A DNA stretch of 52,876 nucleotides from an uncultured Bacilli bacterium (GTDB lineage: Bacteria; Bacillota_I; Bacilli_A; RF39; UBA660), in contig CANRPL010000002.1 of NCBI GenBank assembly GCA_947632495.1, forward strand, positions 1-52,876, in the 5' to 3' direction. Under the pieces are notes generated by a model. That model worked only from the letters and a program-made list of their open reading frames with translations. It ran no database searches and had not been told where the DNA came from. Positions 47,161 to 52,876 of this stretch are shown piece after piece. The position numbers were made by a program, and so were the translations under genes. Each line of letters begins with the position of its first letter. Positions within the stretch are counted from its first letter, which is position 1.

Positions 47161-49293
47161 CTATTTGATAGCTTCTTTTCTTGAAAAGTTTAATCTACCA
47201 CGATTATCATAACCAAGGCATTTAACAATGATTTCATCGCCTTCTTTAACGACATCTTCTACCTTGTTAACACGTTCTAAAGCAAGTTGACTAATATGAA
47301 CCATACCTTCACATCCTGGCCATATTTCAACGAAACATCCTTTATCACTTAATATTTTAATTACTTTAGCTGTATAGATTTTATCTTTTTCAGGTTCTCT
47401 TACAATGTCTTTAATCATATTAGCAGTCTTATCGATAATTTCTTGATCAGTATGATAGATGATAACACGACCATCATCTTCAAGATCAACTTTAACGGCA
47501 TTGACATCATTAACACTCTTAACATCACTACAATCTAAAATAATCTTTGTAATAGTTTCGCCACCTTTACCGATGACATCTTTAATACGATCAGGATTAA
47601 TCATAAATGTTACTGTCTTAGGAGCATATTTACTTACTTCTTTACGTGGTTCAGGAATTTGTGCTTCAATTACATCAAGGATTTGCATACGAGCTACTTT
47701 GGCTTGCGCTAAAGCCTCTTTTAAGATTTGTTTCGTAATACCCTTAATCTTAATATCCATCTGTAAAGCACAAATACCATTTCTAGTACCAGCTACTTTA
47801 AAGTCCATATCACCTAGATGATCTTCCATACCTTGAATATCAGTTAAAATTTGATAATTATCACCATAAGTGATTAAGCCCATAGCGATTCCGGCAACAG
47901 GAGCTTTAATAGGAACACCGGCGGCCATTAAACTCATACATCCAGCACAGATACTAGCTTGACTCGATGAACCATTACTCTCTAGTATTTCACTTACGAC
48001 ACGAATAGTATATGGGAATTCATCCTCCGATGGGATAACTTGCGCTAAAGCTCTTTCACCTAAAGCCCCATGACCAATTTCTCTTCTTCCAGGAGCTCCA
48101 TAACGTCCAGTTTCACCAACGCTAAATTGTGGGAAATTATAATGTAACATAAAACGTTTTTCAGTTTCTAAATCAAGACCATCTAGAATTTGATGTTCAC
48201 CTAAAGCACCTAGTGTTGTAACACTTAAACTTTGGGTTTCACCTCTTGTAAATAAGGCAGAACCATGAGTACGAGGAAGTAGATCAATATCGGTTGATAG
48301 TGGTCTAATTTCTGTCATTTCACGGCCATCGGAACGAATATGTTCTTTAACGACAATCGATCTAAATAAATCATATTCAATACTTTCAAGGACTAGTTTT
48401 ACTTTAGTAATTAATTCATTTAAAGCATCTTCATCTAAATCAGCATTATCTTCAGTATATTTATTAACAATACGTTCTTTACATGCATCAATAGCAGCGT
48501 ATTTTTCTAATTTTTCTTTAATACGTAAAGCTTGATCTAACTCATCTTTACATAATTCAAGTATTTCATCATGTAATTCATCCGTTATTTCAAGAACTTC
48601 ATATTCCATTTTTTCTTGACCATTCTCTGCAATAATTTGTTCCTCGAATGCAACTAATTCTTTTACAGCTTCATGACCAAACATCAAAGCCTCTAACATA
48701 TCATCTTCAGATACTTCTTTCGCACCGGCTTCAACCATGTTAATAGCGTCTTTAGTACCAGCTACCGTAAGTTCTATATCGGTTTGTTCTGTTTCACTAG
48801 CTGTTGGATTAATGACAAATTTACCATTAACGCGACCAACTTTAACACCAGCGATTGGTCCATCAAATGGTACTTTAGATATACATGTAGCAAGTGAAGA
48901 ACCAAACATAGCAGCCATTTCTGGTGAATTATCTGGATCGACGCTTAATACGGTATTGACAATTTGTACCTCATTACGGAAATTTTCTGGGAATAATGGT
49001 CGCATTGGACGATCAATCATACGAGCCGCTAAAGTAGCTGCTTCGGTAGGACGACCTTCCCTTTTAATAAATCCTCCTGGTATTTTACCAACTGAATATA
49101 ATTTTTCTTGATATAAAACCATTAATGGAAAAAAGTCAGATAGAATATTAGCTGTTTTACTAACAACAACGGTACTCAAAACAACTGTATCACCATATCT
49201 TACTAAAACCGAACCATGAGCTTGTTTAGCAAGTTCTCCTAGTTCAACTATTAACTTTCGTCCTCTAAAATCTAATTCATATACTTTTTTCAT
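47161..49293 (-). CDS. pnp: Polyribonucleotide nucleotidyltransferase (PNPase)
   Basis: Two RNase PH domains, KH ([12 protein letters not shown]) and S1 ([20 protein letters not shown]) domains. AAGGAGGAAG RBS. Confidence 0.95.
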   Translation of the reverse strand: MKKVYELDFRGRKLIVELGELAKQAHGSVLVRYGDTVVLSTVVVSKTANILSDFFPLMVLYQEKLYSVGKIPGGFIKREGRPTEAATLAARMIDRPMRPLFPENFRNEVQIVNTVLSVDPDNSPEMAAMFGSSLATCISKVPFDGPIAGVKVGRVNGKFVINPTASETEQTDIELTVAGTKDAINMVEAGAKEVSEDDMLEALMFGHEAVKELVAFEEQIIAENGQEKMEYEVLEITDELHDEILELCKDELDQALRIKEKLEKYAAIDACKERIVNKYTEDNADLDEDALNELITKVKLVLESIEYDLFRSIVVKEHIRSDGREMTEIRPLSTDIDLLPRTHGSALFTRGETQSLSVTTLGALGEHQILDGLDLETEKRFMLHYNFPQFSVGETGRYGAPGRREIGHGALGERALAQVIPSEDEFPYTIRVVSEILESNGSSSQASICAGCMSLMAAGVPIKAPVAGIAMGLITYGDNYQILTDIQGMEDHLGDMDFKVAGTRNGICALQMDIKIKGITKQILKEALAQAKVARMQILDVIEAQIPEPRKEVSKYAPKTVTFMINPDRIKDVIGKGGETITKIILDCSDVKSVNDVNAVKVDLEDDGRVIIYHTDQEIIDKTANMIKDIVREPEKDKIYTAKVIKILSDKGCFVEIWPGCEGMVHISQLALERVNKVEDVVKEGDEIIVKCLGYDNRGRLNFSRKEAIK

Positions 49294-49319
49294 ACTTCCT
49301 CCTTAACTTATCAAATTAA

Positions 49320-49341
49320 AGACACTCAAAAAAGAGTGTCT
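49320..49341 (-). terminator. Hairpin between rpsO and pnp (terminator or processing structure)
   Basis: AGACACTC/GAGTGTCT 8-bp stem with a 6-nt loop, 19 nt after the rpsO stop. Confidence 0.55.
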
Positions 49342-49359
49342 ATGTTTTTTCCAATTTTT

Positions 49360-49629
49360 TTACTTTCTTAAGCCTAATTCTTTAACGATAGCACGATATC
49401 TTGTAACATCATTTTTAATTAGGTAGTTAAGTAAGTTTCTTCTCTTACCAACTTTTTGAAGTAAACCTCTTTTAGAATGATGATCTTGTGGATGTTCTTT
49501 AAAATGATCAATTAAAGAATTAATCTCTTCTGTTAAGATAGCTATTTGTACTTCAATAGCGCCAGTATCGTTTTCATTTTTACCATACTTCTTAACTAAT
49601 TCTGCTTTCTTTTCTTTACTTAAAGCCAT
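49360..49629 (-). CDS. rpsO: 30S ribosomal protein S15
   Basis: 89 aa; [48 protein letters not shown] is canonical S15. Confidence 0.95.
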   Translation of the reverse strand: MALSKEKKAELVKKYGKNENDTGAIEVQIAILTEEINSLIDHFKEHPQDHHSKRGLLQKVGKRRNLLNYLIKNDVTRYRAIVKELGLRK

Positions 49630-49737
49630 ATAATATTCTCCTTCCTTTACATTCGCTTAAACCTAGACGGAGGCGGAGAAGCTCTCATCCAAGAATAAGT
49701 ACATAATTAATATACACTATTTTTATTTTATAAGCAA
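49630..49737 (-). promoter_or_regulatory. rpsO promoter and structured 5' leader (candidate S15 autoregulatory element)
   Basis: On the minus strand: TTGCTT (49737-49732), a 17-nt spacer, then TATATT (49714-49709). A GC-enriched leader follows (CTTGGATGAGAGCTTCTCCGCCTCCGTCTAGG) before the AAGGAAGGAGA RBS. Confidence 0.45.
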
Positions 49738-49740
49738 GTA

Positions 49741-50514
49741 TTATTTATCTTTTTTTGTATCTAATATCGTTTTAAGATATTCTTCACTAGTCATAGGTTT
49801 CTTATTATATTGATTATAGATTGTCGTGAAGTAATCTTTAAACATATCATCATCTGTACTAATAAAACCTCTTTCTAGTAACTTAAGTGCTCCTTCTTTA
49901 TTAATACCTAATATGCGAGCCCCTACTTCACATGTTTCTGTGTTAGACGCATTCTTAAGGTAACGATGAGCAAAGTTTTGACCTAGTAAGAAAAACTGCT
50001 GATAAGTAGAATCAATTAGGTAATAACGTTCGTTTACTTCAACCACTGTAATATAATGCTTTTTAGGAACATCAAAGGTATCAGCTATATTGATGGTGTA
50101 ACAAATTAAACCTAAACGATCACACATATCTTTAACATAATTATTAGCTTTTTCATCATATTTACGTAGACTATCACTAGTAAAATCAACGGAATCTTTA
50201 ACACTTAATTGACGACGCGTAAAATAGACAATCGTCTCTAGTAAATAAGCGTCACTATCTTCAACTTCATTAGGTGCGGTAAGATTTGTTTTAAAAGGAA
50301 CGATAAATTCACTTAACATATTCTCTAAACTATGAATACGAGCAAAAGTATTATCATCCATTGAATCTTCATTTTCTCTTACATAATCATATATACTATC
50401 AAAATACTCCTGTACGACATGATAGTACGTACTACGTTCTAATTTTCCTTTTTTGACATTTTTTAAGCCCTCGACAATAGCGATATGAGCTTTCTCAATA
50501 TATTCATCAATCAT
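49741..50514 (-). CDS. Hypothetical protein
   Basis: 257-aa ORF between the rodA/ftsW-like gene and rpsO. No family recognised with confidence. Confidence 0.5.
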   Translation of the reverse strand: MIDEYIEKAHIAIVEGLKNVKKGKLERSTYYHVVQEYFDSIYDYVRENEDSMDDNTFARIHSLENMLSEFIVPFKTNLTAPNEVEDSDAYLLETIVYFTRRQLSVKDSVDFTSDSLRKYDEKANNYVKDMCDRLGLICYTINIADTFDVPKKHYITVVEVNERYYLIDSTYQQFFLLGQNFAHRYLKNASNTETCEVGARILGINKEGALKLLERGFISTDDDMFKDYFTTIYNQYNKKPMTSEEYLKTILDTKKDK

Positions 50515-50523
50515 ATTACACCT

Positions 50524-51711
50524 CTAAAATTTTAAACGATAACGTTTTGTTTCAACATAAATACGTTGGACCATAGCCAAAGATAAAGTAAGCATAATAG
50601 CGAAACTACCACCATATGACATAAATGGAAGTGGTACACCTGTAAGTGGTAAAACAGCAAATAACCCACCTAAATTAACTAGAATATGTAAAAAGATATA
50701 AGTCGCAACGCCTAGACAGATATATTTACCACTGACAGTCATCGCTTTAGATGATAATAGTAGAATACGCGCTATTAAAACCATATATAAAATGATGATA
50801 ATAGCTCCGACTAAAAAGCCATCTTCTTCGGTTATAATCGAAAAAATCATATCGGTATGAGGTTCCGGAATGTAGGAATATTTCTGTGTACTACGACCAA
50901 CCCCAACACCAGTAAGTCCACCTAAATTCATCGCAATATAAGCATTACAAATTTGATATCCCTCATCGTTTCGTTTACTTATGTCACATGGATCATAAAA
51001 ATTAACTAAACGAGATTTTTGTTCTTCCGTAAAAGGATTTATACGAAAGGCTAACATACCAAAGACCGCCACGACAACTAAAGCACTACCAGCACCAATA
51101 GTTATGGCCTTTTCCCGCTTCGATATAGGACTTAATAAGAACATTACCCCAAAGATTGCTACATTGATTAAGGCTGTACCTAAATCTTTCTCTAAAATAA
51201 TTAAAACGGAAGTACTAAGCCCCATAATACACATGATGATAATACCCTTCCAATGTTTAATACGTGGATTACGGAAATATTTAGCCCGAGCTTCAATATA
51301 TAGTGCCGTCAAGAGAATTAAAACTGGTTTTGCTAATTCCCCAGGTTGTAGTTGAAAACCAATAATCGGAATTTTAATCCAGTTACGAGCTCCTCTTGTC
51401 CCATCCCCTCTTAAAACTAAATACGCATTAGCGCCTAAAACAATAAGCCAAAGAATAAATATTAAAAACCGATTATAGGCTTTAGTTGGAACCGATACCA
51501 CAAAGATATAAATGATTAGACATACAACTAAAATAAATATTTGACGACCAAAATAGTAATAGACAGATTGGTTTAGGTTATTGACTGCCTCACGAGTTGA
51601 CGCTGAAACAATACTAAATAAACCAAAACCGAATAAGATAATGGTTAAGGCTAGCGACCATTTATCCATGTCGGCAAAAAATTGACGTAATTTTTTTAAT
51701 CCTTTCAGCAT
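50524..51711 (-). CDS. FtsW/RodA/SpoVE family peptidoglycan glycosyltransferase
   Basis: Ten-TM SEDS pattern: IQPGELAKP, PEPHTDMIFSII and PLPFMSYGGS motifs. Confidence 0.88.
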   Translation of the reverse strand: MLKGLKKLRQFFADMDKWSLALTIILFGFGLFSIVSASTREAVNNLNQSVYYYFGRQIFILVVCLIIYIFVVSVPTKAYNRFLIFILWLIVLGANAYLVLRGDGTRGARNWIKIPIIGFQLQPGELAKPVLILLTALYIEARAKYFRNPRIKHWKGIIIMCIMGLSTSVLIILEKDLGTALINVAIFGVMFLLSPISKREKAITIGAGSALVVVAVFGMLAFRINPFTEEQKSRLVNFYDPCDISKRNDEGYQICNAYIAMNLGGLTGVGVGRSTQKYSYIPEPHTDMIFSIITEEDGFLVGAIIIILYMVLIARILLLSSKAMTVSGKYICLGVATYIFLHILVNLGGLFAVLPLTGVPLPFMSYGGSFAIMLTLSLAMVQRIYVETKRYRLKF

Positions 51712-51847
51712 GCCATCACCACTTACTATCTATATAATAATATATCATATTTGTCACAAATTTTAAATATTTATTTGATATAGTTATTTATAATTAACAC
51801 TTACCCATTTTTTTAATAAAATATAGTGAATAGTTAGGAGGGATTAT

Positions 51848-52018
51848 ATGTACTACTATGGTGGTTATCAAGGATATGGTGGTTATCCTATGGGACAAAA
51901 TTGTGGTAATTATGGCAATAATACCGGATATGGTGCAGCCATTATTTTAGTTTTATTTATCCTATTAGTAATTATCATTGGCGCTCGTGCTTTTGATGGT
52001 TCTAATAATAGACGATAA
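51848..52018 (+). CDS. YjcZ-like small Gly/Tyr-rich sporulation-associated membrane protein, 56 aa
   Basis: AGGAGGG RBS. MYYYGGYQGYGGYPMGQNCGNYGNNTGYGAAIILVLFILLVIIIGA matches the tiny GY-rich plus TM family pattern. Confidence 0.6.
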   Translation: MYYYGGYQGYGGYPMGQNCGNYGNNTGYGAAIILVLFILLVIIIGARAFDGSNNRR

Positions 52019-52040
52019 AAACCGTTAAGCGGTTTTTATT
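52017..52040 (+). terminator. Intrinsic terminator
   Basis: AAAACCG/CGGTTTT stem with loop TTAAG, followed by TTTTTATTTT. Confidence 0.7.
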
Positions 52041-52099
52041 TTGACTCTTATTTGTATATTTTAGAAAAAATTGTTATAATATTTCTCGGAAGTGATTTT

Positions 52100-52648
52100 A
52101 TGTTTGAAAAATTACATATCCTTGATGAAAAAGATAAACATTTACGTCAAATAAGTAAAGACGCGACGTTACCTATATCTGATGAATATCGTACTTTAAT
52201 TCAAAGAATGCTTGATGAATTACGTTATAGTCAAATCGAAGAATTAGCGGAAAAATATAATTTACGTCCCGGAATGGGACTTGCTTTTCCTCAACTAGGA
52301 ATTAACGAGCGTATTATCGTTATTGTTCATGAAGTTGAACCTGGTAAATTTGATGATTATGTTGTTATTAATCCTAAAATCGTTAGTTCTTCCGAAGAGA
52401 TGATTGCAGCTGAAGCTGGTGAAGGATGTTTAAGTGTAAATCGCGAAGTAGAAGGACATGTCAAACGTCATGCTAGAGTAACAGTTGAAGGATTTGATAT
52501 TGATGGTAATAAAATAAGAGTTCGTGCTCGTGAAGAATTATCTTTAGCTTTCCAACACGAAATTGATCATCTTGATGGCATCTTATTCTATGACCGTATC
52601 AATCCTAAAAAGCCTTTTTACACCGAAGATGAACTACGACTAATATAG
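52100..52648 (+). CDS. def: Peptide deformylase
   Basis: GMGLAFPQLG, EGCLSV and QHEIDHLDG motifs. The likely start is ATG 52100; the track starts at 52052. Confidence 0.92.
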   Translation: MFEKLHILDEKDKHLRQISKDATLPISDEYRTLIQRMLDELRYSQIEELAEKYNLRPGMGLAFPQLGINERIIVIVHEVEPGKFDDYVVINPKIVSSSEEMIAAEAGEGCLSVNREVEGHVKRHARVTVEGFDIDGNKIRVRAREELSLAFQHEIDHLDGILFYDRINPKKPFYTEDELRLI

Positions 52649-52656
52649 GAGGAAAC

Positions 52657-52779
52657 ATGAAAGGATTTCTAAAATATATTATATTATTTATCATTGCTTG
52701 TGTTGGAGCAATCGGTATCTACTATATGGTAGTACCGGAAGAAAATCGTATTCCCTTTAGTATAGAAATAGGAAAATAA
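52657..52779 (+). CDS. Small membrane protein, 40 aa
   Basis: AGGAGG RBS 6 nt before ATG 52657; sequence MKGFLKYIILFIIACVGAIGIYYMVVPEENRIPFSIEIGK. Followed by the hairpin AAACGTTTA/TAAACGTTT. Confidence 0.45.
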   Translation: MKGFLKYIILFIIACVGAIGIYYMVVPEENRIPFSIEIGK

Positions 52780-52802
52780 AAACGTTTATTTAATAAACGT
52801 TT
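52779..52802 (+). terminator. Hairpin after the def / small-ORF unit
   Basis: AAACGTTTA...TAAACGTTT inverted repeat directly after the stop codon. A second hairpin, AGACTGTT/AACAGTCT, lies at 52803-52838. Confidence 0.5.
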
Positions 52803-52876
52803 CAGACTGTTGACAAAAGAAATTTTGAAAACAGTCTTTTATTATTTATAAAAATTTAGTATAATTAAATTGCGAG

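Noticed and set aside
49741-50514. The Cys...His...Asp spacing (LICYT, KKHYITVVEV, YLIDSTY) hinted at a transglutaminase or papain-like cysteine protease fold.
   Set aside because: This is a pattern-only impression with no motif I can name with confidence. The gene is left as hypothetical.
52803-52865. TTGACA at 52809 and TATAAT at 52860, as a promoter for a gene beyond the window.
   Set aside because: The spacing is about 45 nt, so they are not one promoter. TTGACA lies inside the AGACTGTT/AACAGTCT hairpin, and the downstream gene is not visible.
1-52876. CRISPR arrays, rRNA or tRNA genes, transposases or integrases.
   Set aside because: No regularly spaced direct repeats and no rRNA or tRNA-like conserved segments. 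No DDE, tyrosine or serine recombinase motifs appear in any long ORF of the window.

Overview
AT-rich chromosomal segment from a low-GC, spore-forming Firmicute. This is inferred from spoIIM, spoIVB, spoIIP, sigG, ylmC/ymxH-like, spoVE/ftsW-like and yjcZ-like genes. Housekeeping genes include mnmA, mscL, nusB-xseA-xseB, tcdA, holA, smc, pflBA, pnp-rpsO and def. Between 2.4 and 51.7 kb almost every gene is on the minus strand. The standout is the left 1.9 kb. It is the right-hand end of a filamentous-phage-like element on the plus strand: small hydrophobic ORFs, then a Zot/pI-type assembly ATPase. These are followed by a hairpin-rich origin region whose GGGGGGT/ACCCCCC stem presents the loop TACTACGAC, the nick sequence of pMV158-family rolling-circle plasmids. 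Next comes a RepB (pMV158-type HUH) initiator. The last codons of rep run through a 28-bp sequence (1890-1917) that matches the XerC/XerD dif site at 24 of 28 positions (B. subtilis dif). I read this as a Xer-exploiting integrated element (IMEX) sitting at the chromosome dimer-resolution site, which appears uncharacterised for Gram-positive inovirus-like elements. Other points worth a second look:
- A promoter-driven, roughly 180-nt structured RNA candidate at 44.3-44.5 kb.
- A PstS-like binding-protein gene interrupted by one in-frame TAA.
- An mscL gene with a homopolymer frameshift that hides a conserved C-terminus.
- A thioester-domain adhesin plus an unusually long class B sortase, inserted into the conserved xseB...spoIVB neighbourhood.
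- A glycosyltransferase-TM-ApbE fusion protein.
- A bacterial NT5C3/UMPH-1-like nucleotidase coupled to an unknown gene.
No CRISPR array, rRNA or tRNA gene was seen.
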